A stretch of 63,838 bases of DNA, filler included, from Basidiobolus ranarum (taxonomy: Eukaryota), in the NCBI GenBank assembly GCA_040143965.1. It is 17 parts of 17 records of this genome, joined end to end, with 100 filler letters (N's around TTAATTAATTAA, not from the genome) between each part and the next. Parts side by side here need not be neighbours in the genome. Positions count along the whole stretch, not along the records: positions 37,657 to 41,314 come from JASJQH010002348.1; positions 41,415 to 45,071 come from JASJQH010002349.1; positions 45,172 to 48,827 come from JASJQH010002350.1; positions 48,928 to 52,581 come from JASJQH010002351.1; 13 more parts are not named here. One strand, written 5' to 3'. Of the stretch, positions 37,557 to 49,503 are shown in pieces. Within the stretch, counting starts at the first letter, position 1. Each line of letters begins with the position of its first letter. A program made the position numbers and the translations under genes. The notes below the pieces were generated by a model. The model was not told the origin of the DNA. It was given only the letters and a program-made list of their open reading frames with translations, and did no database searches.

Positions 37557-38082
37557 NNNNNNNNNNNNNNNNNNNNNNNNNNNNNNNNNNNNNNNNNNNN
37601 TTAATTAATTAANNNNNNNNNNNNNNNNNNNNNNNNNNNNNNNNNNNNNNNNNNNNCTTGCGGCTTCGTAAACTACTTTCTATCCACATGCCGATTTAGA
37701 CTTCTCTCTTAACTTCCACATTGAGATCAATTTGATCGACATTTCACTTATTTCCAGCTTTGGTTGTGTTCAGGCAATCATATTTTCTGATGATATTTGA
37801 TTTTGTGCTAAGGTTAGGATATTTTAGCTTCTACAAGAAGGAACCTACTGGATTTGGGCTTCTTGGTGCAACCCGTTTCCTCACATCTCTTAAGTGAGGG
37901 CCAACAGGTTCATGGGCTCCAGGTACAGTTGGTAAGGGTTATATTCACTATTTGAACTAAAGCAGTGTATGGAATCGGCAATATGATAGAGTGGCTCATT
38001 TAGATTGCTACTCAAACGTTATTCCTATTTCGCTTTTCATTATGAACTATTTATGTTGTTTATAATAAAAGTGATATCACAA

Positions 38083-38485
38083 GTGGCCGATGATCCGCTA
38101 GAATAAAATACCAGTATTTATACTATTTATAAACAATTATGTAGATTAAATTGACGTGGCCGAAAATCCGCATTTATTATTGTCGGTAAATACCTCCCGG
38201 GTAATGATAACTTTATAATGGAACTAACAAACCAACTATAAATTGAAGTGGCCGTTAATCCGCTGTAATTGGTAAATACCATTAAGCGTAGTTGCACAAT
38301 CATAAAAGGAAGTGGCCGATAATCCGCTTATCATCGAATATGGTAACGCCCTTAGGATAACATTGGTCCATTGATTTTATACATGGCTGTAGCCGTTAAT
38401 CCGCAATGGTGGTAAATACCCAAAATCGCTTTTATGTTATTTAGAATTGAAACCAAATAAAAATATGAAGTGGCCGATAATCCGC
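38083..38485. promoter_or_regulatory. Array of six GTRGCCG-N3-ATCCGC motifs (CCG-N5-CCG), most followed by GGTAAATACC, upstream of the MDR transporter
   Basis: Motif starts are 38083, 38156, 38248, 38312, 38389 and 38470. GGTAAATACC occurs at 38185, 38271 and 38411. TATAAA is at 38756. Confidence 0.75.
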
Positions 38486-38878
38486 TACTTGAAATAAGTA
38501 CACATAACAATTTTAACCATATCCAATTCTGCAACACAGGTCACACAGTATTACCAGGATCTTGATTATTTTGCAACATTCCACTGCGGATATCTTAGAT
38601 TGGCAGTCTTGAAGGAAAACAAACCAAACACTAATCCTTATCTTTACTGGTTAAAGCTAACTTAGGTTGAAAATTTCCTTCTTGGGTTACAGTTGATTTC
38701 ATTTTTCAAACCACATATTTACTTTTCGTATGTTGTTCCAGCCTTGGGATACAACTATAAAGGCAAGCATTTCGATCCTCCATTCTACAGTTTATTACTA
38801 TAATACTCCACAACTTTCAATATCACTTGTACTTTATTCATATTTTGATACTTTTCTCTACATATTCCTACGCTTGAT

Positions 38879-41314
38879 ATGTCTAAGGAAGAAGCCCTCA
38901 CGTCCATCTCCAGTAACAAAAGTGTGGATACTGTTGATGTGGTCCTAAATAACGAAAAAACCGATCGTATCATTAGCATTGACAATACCGATGCAGTAGA
39001 AGATACGAAAAAAGAAAGTAAGAAAGCCAACAAGAAGAAAAAGAAGGATGCAGAAGAACTCGGCCCCAAAGTTAGCTACTTCAAGCTCTACCGCTTCGCC
39101 AATTCCTGGGATATCACCTGTATCATGTAAGTATTCTTTCCTGTATGAATGTCATGGCTCAGACAAAACCTATTGAAAGACATTCTAACCGTATTATGAA
39201 TATTTTCTCCATTAGTCTAGGTACCATTTGTGCCATTGCATGCGGTGTAGGTCAGCCGTTGGTTGCCCAATTGATGGGTGATGTAATTCAGAGCCTTACA
39301 GGACCCGTTAATCCTGATACAATCAAAGATCAAGTCGCTGCTTTGCGCGACATTGTCATCAAATTCACTATCATTGGTGCCTGTATGTTTGTCGCTGCAT
39401 ATGGCCAGATGTGTTTCTTCACATTGTCTGCTGAGAATCAGACTAAGCGTATCCGTGAGAAATATCTACACGCAATCATGCGCCAGGACATTGCATGGCA
39501 CGATATAGGCAAAAAGTCAGAGTCTCTCAACTCGCGTCTTAATGCTGACACTCAATTGATCTTTGATGGCATGTCTGACAAAGTTGGCATGTGTATCATG
39601 TCACTTTCGACTTTTGTCACCGGTTTTGTGATTGCTTTCACGGCTGGCTGGAAAATGACCTTGGTTCTCTTGACTGCTGTTCCTGTCATGGGATGTAAGT
39701 AATATAAAACCCTGTCTACTAATGCATCTTTTAAACTATAACTTACGAACTCGTTTTTATATCAATTTCTCCAATGAAGTCTGCGGTGCTCTTATGGCCA
39801 AGTACACAATGGAGTCCTCCTCCGTAGGTCAAGATTCTTATGCCAAGGCTGGTGGCCTCGCTGAACAAGCAATTAGCTCTATTCGTACTGTAGTTGCCTT
39901 CAACGGCCAGAGTCGCGAGATCAAGCGCTTTGAAGATGTACTAGCCGCTGCTTACAAATCAGGTGTTAAGAAAGCCTTTGTCACTGGTGCTGGTATGGGC
40001 TCATTCATGTTGGTCCTGTTCTGTGCCTACGCACTTGCTTTCTGGTATGGCGGTAAGCTAGTCAAGGAAGGTGAAATGCAACCCGGTAACGTCTTGACTG
40101 TTCTATTTGGTACTATCATTGGTGCTTTCTCTATTGGTAATGTTGGTCCTAATGTTGGAGTCTTGGCTAAGGCTCAAGCAGCTGCTTACACTATCTTCGA
40201 GACCATTAATCGCGTGCCTACCATTGATTCATCCAATCCTGGAGGTGAGAAGCCCGAAAACATTCAAGGTCATGTGATCCTCAAAGATCTTGATTTCTCC
40301 TATCCTTCTCGCCCTGATGTCCCAATCTTGAAAAAGATGTCGATCGAAGTCAAACCTGGTCAGACTGTTGCATTAGTGGGTCATTCTGGGTCTGGCAAGT
40401 CAACCATAGTCGGTCTACTAGAGCGTTTCTACGATCCTACTTCTGGCTCCATCACTTTGGATGGCATCGAAATCAAAGACTACAACGTTGCTCATCTTCG
40501 CAATACAATTGGCCTTGTTTCTCAAGAACCTGTTCTCTTCAATGCCACTGTCAAACAAAACATTCTTTATGGCGCTCGCAAGGGCCAGGCTATTCCTACT
40601 GACAAAGAGATTGAAGCTGCTTGTCGATTGGCTAATGCTCATGATTTCATCTCTGGTCTTCCTCAAAGGTACAACACCATGGTCGGAGAGAAAGGTGCCT
40701 TGTTATCAGGTGGTCAGAAACAGCGTATCGCGATTGCTCGTGCATTAATTAAAGACCCTCGTATTTTGCTTTTGGATGAAGCCACCTCTGCTCTTGACAC
40801 CGAATCTGAACGAGTTGTGCAAGCAGCATTGGACAATGCAGCCACTGGTCGCTCGACAATTGTGATTGCTCATCGTCTCTCAACTATCATCAATGCCGAT
40901 CTAATCTACGTGATGGACAAGGGAGTTGTTCTAGAGTCTGGCACGCATCAATCACTTTTGGCTCTCAATGGAACGTATGCTGAGTTTGTGATGAAGCAAC
41001 AATTGAAGTCAGGTGGCCAAGATGTTGACAATGAAGGTGTTGAGGAGATCGATGACCTGCCATCAGCTCATGTCACTATTGCCGATGACCTACCATTGGA
41101 TTCCGGCACCGGTCGCAGGAATACCATAACTTCATTCATTGATCGTAAATTTTCACATCACTCAGTCACAAAGTCCGTAAAGTCGTTGGACTCAAAAGGC
41201 CCTACTGTTTTGAACATTGATGAAGGTGAAGAAATGACCGAAGCTCGTCGCAAGAAGGAAGCAGCTCGAAAGCTCAAGATGCAAAAAGCACCAATTGGTC
41301 GCACACTCGTCTAC
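38879..41314 (+). CDS. MDR1: ABCB1/P-glycoprotein-type multidrug ABC transporter, N-terminal half (exons 38879-39126, 39216-39694, 39780->41314)
   Basis: Contains VSYFKLYRFA, TMD1, Walker A GHSGSGKST, Q-loop VSQEPVLF, signature LSGGQKQRIAIARA, LLLDEATSALD and IAHRLST. Confidence 0.95.
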
Positions 41315-41414
41315 NNNNNNNNNNNNNNNNNNNNNNNNNNNNNNNNNNNNNNNNNNNNTTAATTAATTAANNNNNNNNNNNNNNNNNNNNNNNNNNNNNN
41401 NNNNNNNNNNNNNN

Positions 41415-41848
41415 TTATTTTTGTTAGGGAAGGTAATCTGGATGAACTAACATCAGATTGCCAAGAAGGCATGGCACAGCAGATATGATGTCATAATCTA
41501 ATAATAGAAGAGTTCTATTTGCAGTGGATCAGTATGCCGAGATCAGAATCATGACATCATCCCTCTTTGTATTGATCCTTGTAGTCCCCAACAACCCAAC
41601 ACTTGAACTTGCCACAATATATTCCCTATTTAGTATATTATGTTCACCCTGCAATATCCATACAAGCTCCCTGTTTTCCTTGATCAGTCCTCAGTCTGAT
41701 CAATACTAGTTAACAAAAATAATTTTTGCCAAAGTATCTTCCCTGTTTTTCTTGCCTTGTCTTGCCTTGTGGACTACACCCAAGTACCCACCTACTTTCT
41801 AGCCTCTTGTTGCTGTTTCCAGTCCTTGTCCAATTCCTTATTGTGACA
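41415..41848. repeat. Two nested LTR-C fragments in opposite orientations
   Basis: 41430-41555 matches 36090-36223 directly. 41556-41848 matches the reverse complement of 35688-35972. Confidence 0.75.
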
Positions 41849-42752
41849 GTTTGATGAGACTGCTTACACTTGCCTGTCAACCTCTCTCCATACCTGTTCT
41901 TCAACCTTGAAACCCCTCAAGGTTGGCTTCCCTCTTAATACCCATCTTTCCAAAGCTTCCCTACCAAGAGAAAGATACCATTCACCTTTGGATAACTCCT
42001 CTAGTGCATCCTTTATAAGAGACTGCCGGTTGAGTTTACATTTGTTTGTGATCAAAGAAGCTTAAGTACTTGATCAAGCTTAAAGGACATCAAAGAGTGC
42101 CAAATTTGGAAGTTTATTCAACACCTGGCACCTCTCAACAAGCCAAAATATCAGAAATAAAACTCATGGCTCTCCAACCTCAACTAGTACTTTTCAAAGT
42201 GTTGAAATTAGTCTTAAAGTTAAAGGTAAGCAAAAAGCTGCTCAAACACTCCAAAGCTCCCTCAGCAGTGTCACACTACATGGACATATAAAAATAGTCA
42301 AAGTGCTTGAGGAGGTAATGGAGAAAGGTTTAGGAGTTGGCAGTTTTCTTAGATGATTAACAATTGTGACTTTCAATAATCTTGCTTAGATATACAGGCT
42401 ATGTACCCACTGACCTCGATTTATGTTATTCTTCTTACCATAGGTACATCGTGGCGAGATCACTGATTACATTCTAAGTAGGGCCAAGAGTTCCATAAGT
42501 GACTACTGTTAACTCCTTCACTAAATATGCAATCAGGGTACAGTGACTATGTAATAAAATATTCTTAGCTTTAAAAACACTTGAACCTACCTACTTCCTA
42601 TTACTATCCTTATCATATTAGTAGTTCTAATGTTGCTCCTCTAGCTAATAGTTATAAATATTTCTACCCTTTACCAGAGATACTAGGGGTGAAGATGTAA
42701 AGATGCAACTAAGCAAAGAGGTAAAGTATAGTTTAGTTCATGCAGAGTAATA

Positions 42753-44480
42753 TATTAAAGTACTAAGGAGTCTGTTGTAAGTGGTTAGCAGAATTAGAGA
42801 AATTGGTGATCATCACTTATTAATTTATTGCATTGAAAGTTGACTTTTATACCTTTGCCAAGATGTTCACAAACTAACATTTCAAATCTGTTAAAGAAGG
42901 TTCCAGGAACATGCGTGCAAAGTTTGGGGCTTCCAGCACAAGTTTGAAAAATCTATATATTTGAGAACTTCTAAGTTGGTAAAGATATTCTAGGTAAATT
43001 CCAATTGAGAATAATGGGTAATATCTGGGTGAAGTATAGATTAAATGAATACTGAGCTATATATGACTATATAGGTGCTTAGGCAACTCTCATTTAACAC
43101 TATCCCTCAACTGAATAGTCACACACACTGATGCTAAGGAAGCTTGGAATTTCTCAAATTTCTGCCTAGCCAATGGTTTGGTTAATATGTCAGCAATCAT
43201 GTTTTCTGTAGAACAAGAAGTTAAGTCAGTAAACTTATTCTCCATAGTCTCCCTAATTAAATGATGTCTAATATATATATGTTTCCTTATAGTATTAAAC
43301 ATAGGATTTCCAGCTAATTTGATTCAACTTTGATTTTCTTGCAAATATATAGCTAGTGAATGTTGGTTAATTAATCTTTATTCAACATTTTAGTTAACTT
43401 TAGTTATGATACATATATCAGAAACAGATAGCAATGCATCTATAGCCCCTATATTCTAAGTAGGAATATCTCTATATCTATATAACAGGTATGTCTTATT
43501 ACCCCCACTTATCTATTATATCTTATTACACAAACTCCTGAATATCTCAAACAATTGATTCACTTTTCTACTATATAAGTCACCATATACTCTTAAGAAT
43601 AAAGTAACTAAAAACACACTATCATAAGTTGCTTCTTTTACACAAAGTCTATGCCCATTATGTCAAGAACCTCCAACAGTGAATTTTGAGAATAGCCAAA
43701 TCTGTTAAGAGTTTTCTTAACTATATTGCTTCTTTTATTGCTTCACAGGCAGCCATATATTCTGCTTGTATTGTCAAAAGTGCTACAGTAAGCTGTTTCT
43801 TTGAATTCAAGAAATAGCTTCATTATAGCACAGAGAAAGTAACCTGCTGTAGATCTCCTGACTTCAACATTTCTTCCCCAATTTTCAACTGGATATCCTA
43901 TCAGATCAAAGTTTGATCCAGAATGTGTGAATTTTAAGCACAGATCCACAATACAATTCAAATATCTGAAAATGTGCTCAACTGCTATGCTATGATCAGA
44001 TTCATAATTTTGAAGATATTTACACATAACTCCCACAGAGCATGCAATATCTGGCCATGTTCCAACCATGATATATATATCAAACCACCAACCATAGAAT
44101 GATCAGGAAATTTCAAGTATTCATTTAAATTCCTAAATATCTGATTTGAGCCATTTTTGGTCAAGTTAAGATTTATCTCCATTGGGGTAAATATAGGATT
44201 AGATTATTCCATTCTAGATTCTCTAATATATCTAGGATATACTTAGACTGATTTAAAGTTCTTGTTTTGGCAGTTCTATATATCTTAATATAGATTCCAA
44301 GACAATATGTCAGTTCACCAGGATCAATCATTATGAATTTGGTAGATGAACTGGATCTGATTTTCTCAAAGTCTTAAGTAAAACTAGGTCTGTCCTATCT
44401 GGCCTAATATAGATACTACAGTCAGTATTACTCTTTTAGAATTCAAGTGTTTCCAAAAAAGCATCTATTTTGCTCCCTAA
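42753..44480 (-). mobile_element. Copia 3' end (RT, RNase H, PPT, LTR-B 42753-43099) with solo LTR family E (43361-43678, TSD GTGAA) inserted in RNase H
   Basis: Contains MVGTWPDIACSVG, RRSTAGY and TENMIADILTKPLA. The insertion reads GTGAA|TGTTGG...CCAACA|GTGAA. A partial LTR-E copy also lies at ~37020-37210. Confidence 0.88.
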
Positions 44481-45513
44481 CCAAAATTTGAGGATTGGTA
44501 ATGTAAGAAAACCATCACAATTTTGATCCAATTTGGATTGACCATTTACTTACCATCATAAAATCATCAAGTTAGATTGGATTTTAATCAATTTTTTTAG
44601 TTTCAGGAGTGAAATTTCAAGATCTTGCAAAACAGTTGCACATGATTGGCTTAGGCTAATAATCAAATCTAAAACTGCCAAATCTCTCATGTCACAATTG
44701 AATAGTTTTGAGAATTGAATAACTTATATTTACATGTAAATCCCTTGGGTAATATATAAGTTTGTGTAAGTTCTGATCCTATTCTCCCAAAGCTAAACAA
44801 TTCCCATTTGGAACAGTTATGGTGCTTCCTGACTTATCAAAACCCATTATAGCCCTTCTGATGTGGCCTAATATGCAGATATTAAGTTTTTGGCCATATT
44901 TGAAGAATCAAGTTACTGTTGAAAGTCTGGTGACTTGTGGTACAAGCAGTAATTCCCAATGAGGAAAATATGGAGTATGGTGACTGCATCTGAACACAAA
45001 GTCTAAGGCCAATCAGTTGCTTGTATAGCTGAAATGCCAAAGTACCATACATTGACAGACTAGGTTAAGGTNNNNNNNNNNNNNNNNNNNNNNNNNNNNN
45101 NNNNNNNNNNNNNNNTTAATTAATTAANNNNNNNNNNNNNNNNNNNNNNNNNNNNNNNNNNNNNNNNNNNNTGCCATCATTTTTGAAGATGAGCCAGTCT
45201 GATCGCTAGAATAGCGCTCGCTTTGATTGAGATGAGACTGCTTCAAAATTTTCCTGTTACATAAGAATAAACCCTGATTGGCTCAAGCGTTTGCTGTCGA
45301 TTGCACATATGTGGATGACGCCGTAGTCTACTTACTGCTAATCATCGGCATGTTTTCCCGTGAATTGTAATACTAACACCAAGAGTTTTATCCAAAGTCC
45401 AATAGTGATGTAGCTCTACACGCTAATCAATGAGCATACTGAAATGCTATTTCTGATTCATCTCCGACATTCTTTCGCTGAGTTTCTCTGCGTTTGGGAC
45501 TTGACATGGTCAC

Positions 45514-46148
45514 ATGCATGGTTTTGGATCTAATAGTTCAACGCAAAGGATTTGCCGCAGGGCACTAGTTTACATATGTGCCTTACCTAAGGCTGTGTGT
45601 CAGTTAGGGATCCATCATTCCTCACTGAGCCGATTTTTGTCAAGGTATATTCTACTTCTACTATTACAGGTAAACGTATTGCACCAAGAGCTGCCACTCC
45701 TGATATGATATTGATTGAACGTAAGTTGGTAGCTTTCCTCCAAGAGCCATCTAGCACTGAACGTATTGATGTAGGTATAGTTAAGAAGTTGACTGGTAAT
45801 GACAGTGTATATATTAGAGGTCTTTACGAGTCAGGGAGAAATATCTCTGTCTTCGCTAAATTAGTTTATGTAGTTAATTCTACTGAAAATCTAGCAATGG
45901 TAGAGAAGGCAATCTGGAATCGTATTGTCATTGTACTATTCAGCACCACCTTCGTTGAGTCACCTAAATATCCTAATAAACTCGGCATCATGATACATCA
46001 GGAGAGGCTACGTAACAATCGTACTTTCTACCAACAAATGTTCTACTGGAATGTAGTCTTGGAAAATCCTAGACACAATGAACCTTTTGCCTTTGAAAAT
46101 CTCTTTAGTTGGATTAATGTGATCTCAGTCAAGAAAGCCCGAGGTTAG
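45514..46148 (+). pseudogene. Degenerate D5-like primase-helicase (SF3 ATPase) of NCLDV/Polinton type
   Basis: STITGKR..PRAATPD....RKLVAFLQEP (Walker B), IDVGIVKKLTGNDSVYIRGLY, KLVYVVN (motif C) and KAIWNRIVIVLFSTTF. A decayed Walker A, GFGSNSST, lies upstream in another frame. Confidence 0.8.
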
Positions 46149-47064
46149 TGTGTTATTCTACTCAGTGTATAGTGAAATAAGCTCTTTGAAGTGTATATTG
46201 CTCAAGTATGAGTTTCTTTGCTCTACATTATGCAATTGATCAGTATAAAGTTGGACTCTTTATTGTCATCAGTCCCTGGTGGGTATAAACTGAGTTATCC
46301 CAGTGAATATCAGCTTTTGTTAGAATTTGCTCTATCATTGTGATAGTGACAATATGCCATGAGATATCCAAGATACATCAGATGGAGTTTTAAGATAAGA
46401 GGTAATGATTGTTATTGGGATTAAGGTTGAAGTATTACGAACCGATGGGCGCCATGCAAAGAATATTCAGCATTAACAAGATATAACTTGGCCTACTACC
46501 AAGCAAATTTTCTCTAGGCTTCTATAAACTGTAGCATATGGCATAGAGAGAATATTTGCGGTTAACACTCCACCCACTCGGAAAACCATTACCAGTACTG
46601 GCGGTATATTGCCAATGGTAGAATACCGGCTTATGTTCGGGCCGAGTATCACTTGTTTGAGTTTTTGTTAAAAAAGCAGTTGATACACACTATAAACATT
46701 CCCAAACGGATGCCGCATATAAAGTGAGCAGCGAAAACAGTCATGACTATTAACTCTAGATTTAAGCTTATCGCATTTGCCTGGGTTGCTTATTTGTATG
46801 ATACTACTATTAGTTACTATGAATAAGGCATATCTCTCGTAAACCCAACACAAAGTGGTAAACATTTGGACGATCTTGAGTAGCCATAATTGCCCCAAAG
46901 TAGATAGATCATCCACTATTATTTTTATAGTATTACGATATGACTTCCGCAATTTAAATTAAATTTTCTTCCGCAATATCACTTTTTCTAACGAACACAT
47001 AACGGACGACTCTGACGTAAAAGAGGCCAACTATGCAGGTTGTAGGTCTCTTCACCACACAATC

Positions 47065-48471
47065 ATGGTTACCTCCACTACCGACAGCCACATCACCCTT
47101 CAACCAGCCTTGTTGATCAAGCCTGCAACCCCATCCAAACATGAAGTTATTGCATTGTCCCCGTTTGATAATATTATTCCTGCAATTTCATTTCACTTCC
47201 AGTTTGTGTACAAGAATAATACCAACGATCCAAACTTCATGTGCCCAGAATCTATGAAAGCGTCGCTGGCCAAGTTGTTAGTTGAGTACCCGCAAATGGC
47301 GGGAAGAGCTAAAGTTGAAGACAACAAGTGGTATGTTGAATGCAACGACGCGGGTGTGCAATTTGTCGTAGCGAATGCAGATTTAGCACTGGATGACTTT
47401 GCTTTCGGTGATTATGATCAATCGCCTAAAGGACTTTGTACACAAAGGACTAAACTGAGCGATCCAGTCTGGCAAGTGCAAATCACTTACTTTCGTTGTG
47501 GTGGAGTTATTTTGGTGTCCGAGATGTTCCATCAACTTGGGGATGCTGAAACAAACTCTGTTCTAATCCACAAATGGGCTAACCTTCACTCGAATCAACC
47601 TTATTCTCCACCTGTGCTTGATCGCTCGTTGATCCGTGCCTCTGGTAATCCAGCACCATCATCAATACCCCTCTGGCAGGAGGAAGGTAAGGATCCGGAT
47701 TTTACCGAGCTGTTGGCGAAACTACCACTCTGTACCGCAAAACTGATTGAGTTTTCTGCGGAGGAGATACAAGCAATGAAACTAGATGCCCATAATCCAA
47801 GTGATACTAACGTACCCTGGATTAGTACCAACGATGCTATATGCTCCCACATGTGGCGGCTTATTACCAAAGCGAGAGGCTTGCCGGATGACGCTAAGAC
47901 TTCGATGCTACACTCATGTAATGTTCGAAAGATGATTCAACCGCCATTAACATCTGGTAAGTTGAGCAATTGCTTTCTTGTTTGATTATCAATTATATCA
48001 AGTATTTCTCATGAATGATTCTCTTTTCGTCTGATAGATTACGTTGGTAACGTACTGGTGTATGGCCATACGGATAATATGACCGCCTTCGAATTAATAT
48101 CATCGCCACTATCGCACTCAGCAGCCTTCTCTCGTCGAGCAATTAATTATATTACACCTACTACAGTTCAATCTTTCATCGATTGGATTAGCGTAAATCA
48201 CAAAGCGAAGCCAATTATGGATGTTACTTTTGGCACTGACGTCTTCGCTACGTCCTGGACGCCATTTGACCTGTATTCAGTTGCCTTTGAGAATGGAGAG
48301 GTACCATGCTTTGCTGGGGAGATACCTACCATTTTGGATGGAGTGTTTAAGCTTGTGGAGGGTAGAACAAAAGGTAGTATATCGATTCAAACCAGCATGT
48401 TACGAGAGCATATGGAGAAGCTTTTAGCTGATCCAGAGCTCCACAAGTATGCACCCAAGGATATGATGTAA
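47065..48471 (+). CDS. BAHD/Transferase-family (PF02458-like) CoA-dependent acyltransferase (exons 47065-47956 and 48038-48471, ~441 aa)
   Basis: Contains LSPFD, SLAKLL.EYP.MAGR, VECNDAGV.FV.A, QVQITYFRCGG, HxxxD (HQLGD), ISTNDA...HMWR, DYVGN across the splice junction, and TSW..FDLY.VAF..G. Confidence 0.92.
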
Positions 48472-48704
48472 CCAATTATGGTCCGAGAATGTTACGGAAT
48501 GTATTCTTAAATAAAAAAACCGTAATTACCTAAGTTATGATAGTAATGCATCGCTGTTGGGGCAAAGAAGTAGATAGTGCTTATTTAGAATTAATTGCAG
48601 CCTATATATTAGTGTTAAGTAATGTCAATTATTCCATATGAGTTAAAGAAGTGTAGGTGATTTTTGAATTATTGTCCATCTTATTGCAGCCACCACCAAT
48701 CCTT

Positions 48705-48827
48705 TGTTGAAATTATCATTGCCTGAACACCTATATAGTCATATATAGCTTAGTACTTAGTTATCTTATAATTCACTAAGATACTATCAATTATTCTCAA
48801 TCGGAATTTACTTTGGGATGAACTGGA
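48705..48827 (+). repeat. Partial LTR family B
   Basis: TGTTGAAATTATCATTGCCTGAACACCTATATAGTCATATATAGCTTAG matches the LTR-B end. Cut by the contig end. Confidence 0.7.
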
Positions 48828-49503
48828 NNNNNNNNNNNNNNNNNNNNNNNNNNNNNNNNNNNNNNNNNNNNTTAATTAATTAANNNNNNNNNNNNNNNNN
48901 NNNNNNNNNNNNNNNNNNNNNNNNNNNTATCTGGTTCTTAAGAGTTGGGGCTAATATGTTGCATTTATTGGCGGGCTTCTATCCTTACAGTATCAATTTC
49001 CAAGATAGAATTTCATTCTCGTTCATCCAAGTGAAAGGTGCTCTACTTTATGAACTTAACATATGTACCATTTACCACATGCCAAAGTGATCTTGGTACT
49101 TTGATTTTAGTATATTATTGACCTTGAATTGGAATTCCGTGGAATTCTATATGCTAACCCTAGATTCAATCTATAATCTTGATATTCCCGAGACAAGGAT
49201 GAATCCGATTAGAGACTTTGTGCTAAATTAATTGGCATGGATTAGAATAATCAAAGAAAGCTTTTAATTGTTTAAATCTTTGTGTATTGGATATTAAAGA
49301 GGCGAAATGATTCATCATGTTGAACTGCTACTGCTGCTGCTGGACCATATGAATGAGTATCAAGGAGCAAAGTAAGAGAGGCATCGGAGTGGATCTTTGA
49401 AAGAATATTGAATGTGTATTTGTTCAACACTAATCTTTGTGTAAAGTGAATGTTTATATAAGAAGGTACTAAACATCTTCATCCGTTGTATTTGAATTTT
49501 ATT

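Noticed and set aside
37657-37945. Possible coding remnant on the minus strand upstream of the motif array
   Set aside because: The frame examined has multiple stops and no identifiable motif.
38083-38485. CRISPR-like repeat-spacer appearance
   Set aside because: Repeats are only ~16-20 bp and degenerate, spacers vary from 48 to 76 bp, no cas genes are present, and the context is a eukaryotic promoter. A TF-site array explains it better.
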